Assembly (NCBI GenBank): GCA_020137815.1
Contig: CM035360.1
Span: 5,704,001-5,768,000 of the forward strand
Source: Hormiphora californensis
Lineage: Eukaryota > Animalia > Ctenophora
Reading direction: 5' to 3'
DNA: 64,000 nucleotides
Positions 52,601-64,000 of this stretch are shown here, in pieces (position 1 is the first letter of the stretch; each line of letters starts with the position of its first letter). Position numbers and translations under genes: made by a program. The notes below the pieces were generated by a model. That model was not told the origin of the DNA, ran no database searches, and saw only the letters and a program-made list of their open reading frames with translations.

Positions 52601-53151
52601 TATCTTGCCAGTACCTCAGCCCTATACCCAGCCGGAGAATAGCTAAACATTGAGCTTGCTCAATGCGTGTGTGTGTGTTTACTCATTACCTCCCGGTGCT
52701 ACAACCCCTCTACTAATGTATTGACTGGTTAGCAACCAAGATGTAGCTTATATAGTGGCTGATTACTCACAGTGCCGGCCGCAGTGGAGAAATCCCATAG
52801 TGCCAATTGCACAATTAATGTGTGGTAATACTGGGTCAGTGCAAGATATACGGAGTGATCGCTACTAAAACACAAGGATTGTTTCTATACGGATTTACCA
52901 GTATAAGAGGTACTGAAAACCACTACTAGTGGTTGGGAGTAATGGCCGAGTATATATGAGAGCTTAGTGGACCCCCGGTTACAGGCAATGTTAACGGGGA
53001 GCGAAGCTAAGACGGTCCCTGTGACCCCCCAACCTTTTAAAAACTTGTATATCCGAATAGACTTGACATGTGGGCAATAGCGATCCTACTATATCTTGCC
53101 AGTACCTCAGCCCTATACCCAGCCGGAGAATAGCTAAACTTTATGAATTTT
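49615..53151 (-). mobile_element. TSD-flanked, partly inverted insertion of ~7 copies of a 491-bp non-coding unit
   Basis: actttatgaatttt at 49615-49628 and 53138-53151. One unit plus 17 nt (49634-50141) is followed by 6 units plus 52 nt in the opposite orientation (50142-53139). Period 489-491 bp. Confidence 0.85.
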
Positions 53152-54973
53152 ATGTTTTTTCCCGATAAAAAAAGGGGATGGGACCCCTTGACATGAGAGT
53201 ATACTCAACAAATGAAATAAAGATGAAATATGGATTATCTTATCATGAGTTTGCCTGCCCGTCACACAGGAGACCCAAGATTAGGTCTTCACTCTTCAGC
53301 TCTGCTCTGCCTAGCTAAAGTCACGTACAGATAATAGAGAGGTGACCAGATAATACAATTACACAGACAGTCTCTGACAGCTGTATGGCGGCGCCCATAC
53401 CCCAATTTGATTCTCAAAAAGTGCGCTCAGATGGGGTCGGCGGTCAGACAGTCTGACAGAGACTCTCTGTCATAAGGGACATATTTAACATGAGCTCATT
53501 TTTATTTCTGAGAAACGGCGCCTATCTCTGTTAATATGACTCATATCAATGCTACAAACAGGCCCCTTTGGGATTTCTAAGAACTCAAAATGAGGCCACA
53601 CACGTTCGTCGACATTTATGGCGGGGAAACATAGCATTATGAAACATAATGCAGTTATTCTTGTTATCTATCTGGCGTCACCGTTTTGAATCTCAATCAC
53701 AATGCGCTCAGATGGGTCGCGGCGCCAGACAGCGCCAGACTGATTAGATATTCTTACCGTGTTAACAGAGGTCTTGAAGAAGAGATAGAAAGAGAGGAGG
53801 AATGATACCATTGATATCTCCCAAGACATGAGCACAATAAAGTTCTTCCTGGAAAATAGTGTTGTTCGTTACTCAACAAGGAAATTAGGGCATGGGAGAG
53901 ATTCATATTCATTTACCCGAAGTTTTCTGTCAAAAGATGAATGTAGTATAACGAAACTTGACCGCTCTAAAGTATGATATCGATCGTTAGATAACGCGGA
54001 ACAATACCTGTATCCTCCCCTCCGTCGCCACACAACGAAGGCACCAATCCCGTGAATTAAGAGAGCGGTGAGTGAGAGGGAGATGAGGGTGGGTTCTGAC
54101 GGGCCATCATTTGGATACTCTTCTAGATTGGCATACCTGTGTAGGGAGAGGTTGTTGTGTTAGAAATGTAAGCAGAGGTCGTGTAGTTCAATTATTTTAG
54201 AGAGGAAAAGAAGGGACTGACTCACCTTGCCAGGCCAATGCTCTGACCACAGTTCTCGCGTGCTCTGACAGGACTCACCACTCTTTAGCGATATTTTTCA
54301 GTTCGAACCACAGCACAAGAACGATGATAAGAGGGAGGAAGATGAGATGTAATATGTTGACACCATCACTGAACCTCACTCCGTGCCTCGTAACCGGTTC
54401 GTGGTGTGCTTTCTCACCCCTGTACGCGGGACAGAGTCTGGGTTATTATTGGACTTGCGATTATTGAGATAGTGCTGTCTGGCGCCAGACCCCGATTTGA
54501 CAGTGCGCTGAGACAGGTCTCGCACCGCCAGACAGGGATTGTGTCACTCTAGATTTTTAGGTCCTATTCCTCAAGACCGCGGAGACAGTAAGAACAGATC
54601 AATGTTTATGGCCGGGTTTGTAAATACAGTGTTCAGGCCAAGATCATTGACCAGTGACCGGTAAGGGGGATTACAGAGCTCAGTGGGGGAGGGCGACAGA
54701 AATAGTGACAGAGATAGGAGATAGAAGCTGTAGCTGTGAGAAAACATACCAACGCATGATTTGCAGACAGTAGAGATCAAAAACACAGTATCACAGTGTA
54801 CACAACAACACACACACACTTGGCTCACTCAGCTCCCAATTAGGAGACACACGGTCTTCAATGGAGAGAAGCACATGGTGAGTCCAGGGGGAACATAACT
54901 TATTGGACATCTGTCGAGCTAGGATGATTTACGAATGTCCTACCAGACCCCTTCGCCTTTCCTATACAAGAAC

Positions 54974-55349
54974 GGTAGGCGGTAAATGTTAACCAGATCT
55001 GTGAGAATTTCGCACGTTTTTTGCCCATAACTCAGCCATTTCTTGACCAATTTGCAAAATCTTTGGCTCATTGGAAAGAGGACTTTGAGCTCTTTCAAAT
55101 GAGCCTAATTAAACTAAAATCGGCGCAAAATGCGCGGCGTGGTGGCGAAAAACGCGCATTTGGCCATGACGCCGCGCATTTTGCGCCCCGATTGTAGTTT
55201 TATTAGGCCTCATTTGAAAGACCTAAATGTACTCTTTCCAACGCACCAAAGGATTTTGCAATTGGTCAAGGAAATGACTGAGAGTATGGACAAAAAAACG
55301 TGGTTTGCACTACGTTTCTCCAGATCGTATGGTAACATTAACGCCTACC
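54974..55349. mobile_element. Palindromic Mutator-type MITE with 9-bp TSD (right-arm copy)
   Basis: tacaagaac|ggtaggc...gcctacc|tacaagaac. Confidence 0.8.
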
Positions 55350-55599
55350 TACAAGAACAGAAACCCCACCGGGAAAAAAATGAAAAATTGTCTGAATTTT
55401 GGGTTTTGGGAAAAGACCCAATAAAACATACCGCATACACATTTAACACACGGAAAATAACGGAACAATAACACCACAACTCTTTTCCAAAAACCTTTGC
55501 TCGTCGCCAAATATACAATAATGCTCTCAAAACCAATCAATTTACTGAACCACAATGTCATGTGATACATAAGGAAGCAAACTACTCAAGTCGTTCACA

Positions 55600-58500
55600 T
55601 TTACACAGTCAAATATCATTCTGTTTCACTACGGGTGAGGTCAGTTCTGCACACCCAGTTTACCCACTTTGGTTACGAAATAAACCCTTAGTGCCTGGAA
55701 AGGGAGGGTTAAACTTCGTTACCCAGTTACCCAATGCCACTGCACTAATGCTACTGTTCTGTGTGACAAAGATACATTGTCTCAGTCACTACACTCTTCA
55801 ATATTGTATGTTTAACTTCCTCAAGTCCATGTGGGGACTGCAGCCTTGTTATTACAGAAATGCATATCATGGAGTGGGGAGAGGGTTGTGTTCCGGTTGT
55901 CCCACCAGAATTTATTCAGCTACATACTCAATAACGTTTGATCTGGCCAAGAAATCTTAGCAGAGAGACGGCCTTCCGGGATTTAGGAGTGGGTCATCCG
56001 AGAATGTCAATGTTAGAATGCTATCTGGTGAATCTTGGCCTTTCATTCTGACACTTTAGGTTGTGAAAACCCAGGTTGGAATTAGTTCCTCTAGAATCAG
56101 GCTTATCCCTTCTCGACAACGTCTCGTTACTCCTTATTCTAGATTAGAGGATGTGGTATTAGTACTCCCATGGGTAATGGGTGTGCTACTAAATCGGGGA
56201 CTAAAGTTGTTGTGGAAAACTATGGAGTTGTGGTACCTAACGAGAGTCGTGCCACATCCATCACTCCCCTCTACAAGAGCAAATGGGGTTATGAGGGGGT
56301 AAATCAACTGTTTGGCTTGAATCGGGTCAGGGCAGCGTTTTTGTGAGAAAGGAAGGATTTTAGTTTGATATAACAGAGAAAAACTGGCTTCTGAAGGTGG
56401 GATGGGAAAAACGAAAAGAAAAAGAACAGAGGATTGTTGTATATTCTCACCCCGGTGGGTTCCAATGCATGTAAAGGGCCCTGTAGGATGAGTCCCCCGT
56501 AGTAAATCTTGTGTCCCCTTCCTCCACTATACAAAACCCCGGCACTGAAACACTCTCCCTCATCCAGGTGCACAGTTCAACATCTGAAATGGGGGATATG
56601 TTCGAGCCCTTTTTATTTTACCCCTTGCGAGGGCGCGGTGATTGGATGTGAATGATGATTGAAAACAGGGTCGAGCACAAAGCAACTGAAATGGTGGTGG
56701 GGGGGTAACATATTGAGATCGGGGAGCTGAGGGAAATAGGGATAGCTCAAAACACAAAGTTAGAGCTCAGGGAGGGAATAGTTCTGATGTTTTAACTAGA
56801 GAAATGAAGTACAGGATTGGGATTTGGATTTGCAACCTTACCCGTTCTGACATCGCAGTAAAACCAGTAGTATAAAACTCATGTCTATTCCCCCCTCTAC
56901 CTCCTTCCTTTAGCTCAATCTTCCCCAGCTCCTCACCAGTCTACCTTTTTAGCACGTTAATAGAGGAAACCGTGACCTGGGAGATAGATTTAGAGTTGAG
57001 TTAGGATCTCTTAGTTAGGGTTCTAGGAAGATGATATACATGACCGCAAAGGGAGAAGGAGAGAATTGATGAGGGGATTCAATCATCTCTGATGGAAATC
57101 ATAACGGGGAGATCATTCTATCATCGAATCATGACTAATTGTTTAGCACAATACTAGTAGTAAACAGACATGTGGTTTTTATCGGACAATATACAGCTGT
57201 TTGAGGCCCTCTCCTCCCTGTATGGGGGCAGTGGGACCTGGTATCCACAGCCCTTTCCTATTGTGAGCAGAGGCCCGGGTGGGCAGGGAACCAACCTGTT
57301 AACTGAGGTCTCTGTCGTGCCCAGCAGAGAGGTAGATTTAGTGTTGTTATCGAGAGCAATCGTGTTAGGGGATACCAGGGGTTTACAGTGTGATATCCAA
57401 TGTTACAACTCTGACACTATTTACTGCTACAAATTGACATTTTGTCCCCAGTCCCCCAGAGATCACCAAAACCAAAACCCCTACTTACACGAGAATACTT
57501 TTCCATTTTCTCAACACGAATGTCTTCTCTGAAGTCTTTAGATTTGTCTCGAAAAGTTGTATTCTCCCTTCCCCCACTGTTAAAAGTGGCTCCAATCTGC
57601 GATCAACTGCTAAAGCCCAGACCCTTGTTCGTGATTTCTAAAGGTAGTGATACACATCTTGTGTCCAATACTCATAACTTTACTGTTCCGTTGTACTAGC
57701 TGAAATAACTGAAAAATATAGGTTGATCAGTGGTACAATCTGAAATATGTTCTCTGATGATCATGAACCTTCAAATTCAAATTTCGATCTTATGCTCTGA
57801 CTTATTTCCCACGGTCTGTGTTGAGAGATTTACTCCGCGCACAGAACCCCTCACAGCCCCATCGCGCGTTACCAAACGGAAGCCACCACCACACATTTCA
57901 GTTTTCAATCCGCTGAATCGATGCTTACAACTCTTATCTCAGCTAGGAACGGAGGGCCGAGCAATACAAGGTAAAAATTCAAAATGACACCACAATCCCT
58001 ATACCTGTGTCCATTCGGGCTCAGCAGAACCAGTGCCTTGACCGCCTCGGTATGGCCCTTTTAATTTTTCCCGCTCTTCAGACACGTCCTAGGGGGGTCC
58101 CATAGCGGATAAAAATTCTCAGGCCACTACTTGCAAGAAGGAGAAGTGTCCACAAGGTGTTATTGACATGCTGTAGATTGAATCTGGGTGTCCCTCGCAT
58201 ATCGCTGCTGAAGGATAGGAATCGAAGAATGGAGTATTTATTCTGTTCTAGTTCCCCGAAAACAAATATTTCTAAGTTGACTTTCGCTCTTTACTGTATT
58301 ACTGAAACGGAGGGTGGGTTATTGTTAGGTTTTAGAGTTTCTAAAATCCCAATAAAAGATCTTCTTATCTAAACACGGATGCGAAGATCTATGTCAGCAG
58401 CGTGAAGGAACCCTCTTGAATAGTCGCGGTGGGTTCGGAGTGTTGCCATTACGAACCCGTTCGAGGCTCCACATACTTAAACTCCGGTATCCCGAGAGAA

Positions 58501-61500
58501 ACGGAAAACACTGGGGAAGAAAAACAGGAATAATTGAAAGGTGTGGAATGCGCACAAAAGCGAAGATTCGGAAATGTTAATAATTGGTTAGCTACTTACA
58601 AAGATCATTTTTGGGTGTGTAGAAGATAGAGTTTAACCCAAGTAGAGTGATGTTCATAGGTGTGATTAGGGATATACTCTGGGAGAGAAGGCCGGGTAGA
58701 AGGAGGACGAGAGAATCCCTTCGGAGAGAGGGAGAGCGAAAGAGGCGAGGAAGGAAAGGACCTGGACAGTTAGAGATCAGAGAAAATCAACATGTACACG
58801 GGTGCAACAAAAATATGTGTGCTCTGGGCAATATAGGCAAATTGAAACAAGGCACACATCCTGCTGCCAACACACACACACCAATTCAGAATTGAGCGTA
58901 TTCCAAACCTACTTTCTAAAAATTTATAATTGAGCCGCATATTCCAAACTAACTCTTGGTGGTTGAGGTCCCCATGACCTAATAGGGTAGTCCCTGCATG
59001 CAGTGAAAAGGCAGTTGGCGGGGGTGGTGCCAACAACAGGGCGGTTCACTCCATTCTTGTGTAACGGCTTAGTTAGGGGAGAGGAGGGTGTTAGAACAGA
59101 GCTGCGTCAACTCCCAAGAAAAAAGAAGTGGTTTGTGAAGTGGTTAAGAAGTGGTTTGAGAGGGTGTTTACCTGACTCATCCCGTATCACGTACAGAGAT
59201 ACGTGGTTCCTTTTTGTTTCATCACCTGGCTATAGCTGCAACATAATGGGGGTATAAAGCTGCTATGTCTAACCCTCCTTTACATTTGTTAAAGAAGGGC
59301 TTCTGTTAGGGCGGGGTCCCGCCGACGAAAACAGAGTCTAGCTAGGCATGGTAAAGCTGGAGACGAAAAATACACATACATGTCAAAAAGGAGGAGGGGG
59401 GTAACTGGCTCATGTGTAAAATAATAAAATGATATACAAATCAACATCAATTAATAACACTCAGCTCTACTGTCACTTAACCCTGCTTCTTTTTCTGTTT
59501 AGTGTCTGGTGTTCCCGTTCCCAGTCTGCAGTTCCCTCCACCTCTTGTTGCGTTCCTCCGGTGTTTCTGTTTGCTGATGCTCAAGTGTCCTGACTGTGGA
59601 GCTGTCCTCCTCCTCTCCCGGTGGGGATCCCTCAAATACAGGGAGCTGGAACAATCCGTGCTCCATAACCTGGAGATAAAGCGATAAGGAGAGGTTTAGA
59701 ACACATAATCCACCTGGTCGAAATCAATCGAGATTAGATGCATATGTGTAACCCTGGTCCAAGATATCATTGTATACATCTATACATGGCGTCATGGCGA
59801 CATCAATGACCATCTATGGAGATTACTAACAGATAACCTACCTCAGGAAAGGGTTTGTGCATACTGGGCTGCATCTAGAATGCCCAATATCCCACAGAGA
59901 CTTCACTTGGTCCCACAATCGTGGGCAGTTGAGATATTTATACCAGTCCGCTCGTGAAAACTGCCAACAATCTGATCACTGAAAACAAAAGGGGTTTAAT
60001 TACCTGCCAACCCAGCAATCCTTCAATGATAACCCCGAGTCCCGACCCGCATAGTTACGGGTACTAAGGAGGGAGTCTAGTACTAAGGGCACGGTACTAG
60101 GGTGAGAGTACCTTGTACCTCTCCCTAGTTACGGTTACTAAAGATGGGAGTCTAGTCTAAGGCTAGGTAATAGGGGGGAGAGTTACCTCTGTACCTACAC
60201 CTAGTTACGGTTTACTTAAGGGTGAGCGTTACCTCTGTTGCATGCCTCATATGGAAAGTGTTTGTTGATGCCACAGGGTTATGTCCGACATGCTCTCAAA
60301 AGGTGTATCTCAATCTCAGGATCCCAACCTGGGCAACCCCCTCACTCTACCATCGGTATTATATTGAATAATTAATTAGTAAAATGATAGTAACATGATA
60401 GTAACACAATCAATGGGGTGATCGTAATTAGTAACATAGTTAGTAGTACTAGCGCGGTTAGAACGGTAACAAACGTAAAAACATTTGTATTTTGAGAAGA
60501 GTCACAGTATATAACAGATACATTATCGACAGCACAACAGACACAGGATTAAAACTGTAAAGTTCAGTAGTTCCATTTTCCACCAGCTACGGGTTTTTCA
60601 TCCCGTGTCACTCTCCATGTGCTTACAGAAGGATAAGTCGAGAATAACACACATAGCTCGCTTCATTCGGGAAGCTCGGTAGTTTGGTCATAAAAGATGG
60701 CGGTAGATGACCGGATGCAAGGCCAGTCCAAAATCTGTACCTTGTCATGTGATGGAGGGGCGCGGTGATAAAAAGTTTATGAAAAAAAGTAAATTCCTCT
60801 GTGTAAACTGTAAGGATAGAAAAGGACACCTTTGGGGAATATGTGCAAACGGGATCTTGTGGATTGTGGAATGACAGCATCTCAGTTTGTGTTATTGTTG
60901 CACGAATTGTCATTTTTGTTTTGGCTCATTATAAACTCACCGCCCCAGTGGTTACTATCCTTGAAGAATGTCCAGGGGGTATCAGTTAGGCGCGGTGTGA
61001 GATTGCATTGCAATGGTCTTAGTATCTGGGTACCTCATCCCCCTAACATCATACCACTCCGATTTGACTGGACATCCATCGATATACCTGACAATATATA
61101 CTAGTAGTACTTGATGGCTATTCAAGCTATATAACCTGATGATAAATTACCATTGGTTGTTACTTGTCGACTACTCCAGCAATTAGTATTGAATTTGGAT
61201 AGTAGAAAATAGGGTTTGCAGCGGGGTTTTTGGGGTACTGAAGTGTGTAAAGATACCCAAACCATGATTGATTCCTGTTCGTCCTTGTAGAAGGGTAGTA
61301 GAATGGTGCTGAGGGGCCACGCTGTGTGTCTTTATACGCAGGAATGGTCACATGAAGGTAATTGTCCTCTATCAACCAAGCTGTAAAACAACTCTAACGC
61401 CTAAATAATTATAGATGATATTATAGCAGAGTTGAGGGAGGATGGAGAGATCGGCATTGTACCAATTCTATCGAAAGGGTCGAGAAGGGTTTGGGGTCAC

Positions 61501-64000
61501 AGGTACACTAACGAGTCGTTGATTTCGAACTTTCGCCCAAATTTATGCCCAACTGCAGTAGGTATTACCTCTAATCGGGCTGTGTTAATGAGTGAGGTTA
61601 AGTGTCCATGTCACACTTGTCATTTCTGATAAGTATCGCTCAAAGGTATCCTTCAGGAAAGGGCAACATGAATAGTCAGTTTTAACACTGCAAAAGCAGT
61701 AAACAATCACGGTCTCTAAAAGATCCGTAAAAATGGTTTTTGGTCACAAAAATGCAGAACATGCGCTAGGAAGGACCCAGATTGCAAATCTTTATGGAAT
61801 TCCACCCTAATAGTAGGAAAATTAAAAATCTTAATTTTGAGTCACATTACTTGGTAAGATATGAGAGTAGTGCTGCAAATCTGATACAATGTCTCGCTCA
61901 GTAAATATCAGTATAGGGGAATCTCCCGTTAGTTGAAATGTATTACAATTTAGACTTCGTTTCCACGTGATTTTAGCTCAGGTTGGCTCTAGTAGGCACT
62001 TTATGCAGTGGGCTTCACATCGATGGGTTTAGAATATAACTCCTGAATAGAAATTATTATTCATTATAAACTAACGTAATACACACGATAATACACGCGA
62101 GAAGAGATTGGAAGGTCCCCACTAAATTCATTATTAACTTAGTATCACTTCTGATAAAGAGGGAGGGGAATCAGTAAACTTCTATTGTATTGACAAGTGT
62201 ACCTTCTCGGGTGATCAATAAGTAGGATAGATTCTATGTCTGCGTTAAAGCTATTTGATAGTTGTTCTGAAACCTGTTCACAATTGGACATAACTAAACA
62301 TTCTTGTAAAGTTTATTCGACTCAGATTATCGTCGTAGTGAAAGGGATTTTTAGATTTTAAATCGTTATTTTTTAGTTGAGTCTGGAAATCAGCGGCTCG
62401 GATCAGAAACATCCCTGCAGAAAATAAGCAAATAGCTTTAGTCAAAGGATAAAGCCATGATTATGTCAAAGGATAAAGCACTATTTGCTAGCAAGCTTTG
62501 AAAAGAGGGAAGAAAATCGATAAAAAATTTTAACGGCTGATTTTCGGGCCCACACTTGGAACTACTAGTTGCCTTAGCGCCCCCGGAACTTCCTACGGTG
62601 GCAGATTCCGGTCAAGAGTTTTTCAATCAGTGAAATATTTTGTTTGAAGTTTTATAAAAAATTTTATTTCAAAAATAAAAATTAACATGTCGTTAAAGAA
62701 TTATTGGCCGGAATCTGCACGCGAGTGGCAGATCTCGGCCAAGATTCTAAAAAAACCTGGCCAGGAATCTGCCAAACCACGTGCAGATTCCGCAACAAAC
62801 TGACACTTACTGATATCAAAGCGAAAACCGCTGTACACCGACATAATTTGATCGCTGAATCACGTAAGCAACTTTCCAATCCCTCGGAGGTCTGGAAAGT
62901 GTCCCTAATTGAGCAAATAGGGGTCTAATTGACCCCACTTACAACTTTTTCACTGGAAACGATAGGACGCTTATGTGAAGCACTTTTCCGACTAATTTTG
63001 ATACGCTGAATTCACGTAAGCACTTTTCCAATCATCCGAGGTCGGGAAGTTGCCCTAATGATGCAAGTAGGCCAATTAGACCTATTATACTTAATTATGG
63101 CAAATCCCGCCTCCTCGGAGGGATTGGAAAGTTGCTTACGTGATTCAGCGTATCAAAATTAGTCGGGTGGTACAGCGGTTTTTTTTCGCTTTGATATAAG
63201 TAAGTTTCGTTTGTTGGCCGGAATCTCACGTGGTTGGCAGATTTGGCCAAGGTTTTTTAGAATCTTGCCGAGATCTGCCACGCGTGGCAGATTCCGGCCA
63301 AGAATTTTAACGACATTTTAATTCTATTTGAAATAAAATTTTTATAAAACTTCAAACAAAAAATATTTTCACTTGATTGAAAAAAACTCTTGGCCGGAAT
63401 CTGCCACCGTAACTCCTGTATCTCTCAACGTTTTGATCACCGCTTATTCAGAGACGGATCACGGACCACAACTTTCCATTTTCTGATTTTTCGCAACAAA
63501 AAAAAAACAAAACAAGGTTCATGCGAACTAGGAGAATTTGTTGCAAAATACCAATATATCATTTGCGTACGATGTTAACGCGCAGAAGAATATCAAACGA
63601 TGCAACACACGGCGCGGGCGTCGCGCTTGTAAAAGAACGAAAAATTTGTTTTTGAAACTTTGAAATAAAATATCGTTTGAAATTTTAGAATTTAGGAAAT
63701 TAGAAATTCCCTTCTCTTCTTCTTCTATTAGGCCGTTCTCCACCATTAGGTGAGATTGATGGGGTGGTACCATGGAGATTCATTTACCCCGGCCTGGTTT
63801 GAGGGTTTGGATTTGGTAGTCCTTTCCCCGGTTTAACTGTTTAGGGATATCCATGAAAGATGAAACAGTCTGGGTGATCGGGAAGCCATCTTGAGTATCG
63901 AGGGTTTAAAACAAGCCGATCAAACCTTCTTGTCGCTGGTCCAGATGAGCTGGACAGTCAGTGAGGAGGGTGTTGGGCTGTTTCATTTTCTATGCGCATA
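55600..64000 (-). CDS. Unidentified multi-exon gene (or genes); reading frames broken by indel noise; 3' exons mirrored at ~37295-38330
   Basis: AG...GT-bounded coding-like blocks on minus at ~61380-61163 (EDNYLHVTIPAYKD...YPKNPAANPIFYYPNSI), ~60797-60626, ~60327-60233, ~59978-59841, ~59669-59480 (VMEHGLFQLPVFEGSPP...PEERNKRWRELQ), ~59225-59171, ~58207-58005 and ~56584-56450. Another block near 63720-64000. Confidence 0.5.
60050..60240. repeat. Short tandem repeat, ~75-bp unit, about 2.5 copies
   Basis: tagttacgg..tactaag...gagagt(t)acct recurs at ~60052, ~60126 and ~60202. Confidence 0.6.
62596..63409. mobile_element. Long-TIR MITE with TA target (Tc1/mariner-pogo-like), apparently nested in another repeat
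   Basis: TA|CGGTGGCAGATTCCGG...CCGGAATCTGCCACCG|TA; inverted arms extend ~300 bp. Confidence 0.75.

Larger units (their letters stand above)
37070..56843. repeat. ~20-kb inverted duplication (arms ~9.8 and ~10 kb, centre ~46830-46860)
   Basis: Every landmark is mirrored: 37073 with 56843, MITE 38598 with 55349, array 40746-44186 with 53151-49615, minisatellite 45510 with 48250. The arms differ mostly by 1-nt indels. Confidence 0.95.

Noticed and set aside
40746-53151. Tandem array as CRISPR, 5S rDNA, snRNA or tRNA cluster
   Set aside because: Units are identical end to end with no variable spacers and no cas genes nearby. I recognise no 5S, U1/U2/U5/U6 or tRNA sequence in the unit.
37070-56843. 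Giant transposon (Polinton/foldback) with 10-kb terminal inverted repeats
   Set aside because: There is no internal coding region or TSD, the arms contain ordinary host exons and MITEs, and one end coincides with the contig edge.

Overview
Eukaryotic (animal) genomic DNA with short GT-AG introns, abundant (CT)n/(GA)n tracts and many MITEs. Several repeats match my recollection of those in the ctenophore Pleurobrachia (recall only, not a database result). Bases 1-36958 are of fair quality and hold: the 3' part of a SAM-domain gene interrupted by a decayed CR1-type LINE; a single-exon class A GPCR; an internally deleted RTE LINE with a target-site duplication (TSD); a 10-kb GRK4/5/6-type kinase gene; a 5'-truncated but open L2-type LINE; a frameshifted F-box/LRR gene; and a 9-exon NF-YC gene. 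After the second N gap the sequence is rich in indel noise. Bases 37070-56843 form a ~20-kb inverted duplication centred in a purine/pyrimidine minisatellite, most likely a long-read fold-back artefact. The most interesting object lies inside each arm (clean copy at 49615-53151): about 7 near-identical copies of a non-coding 491-bp unit, bounded by a 14-bp TSD at a TTTT/A site, with a short A-rich tail and a twin-priming-type inversion. It looks like a multimeric, possibly circular, RNA retroposed in a single event. I found no hammerhead ribozyme core in the unit.
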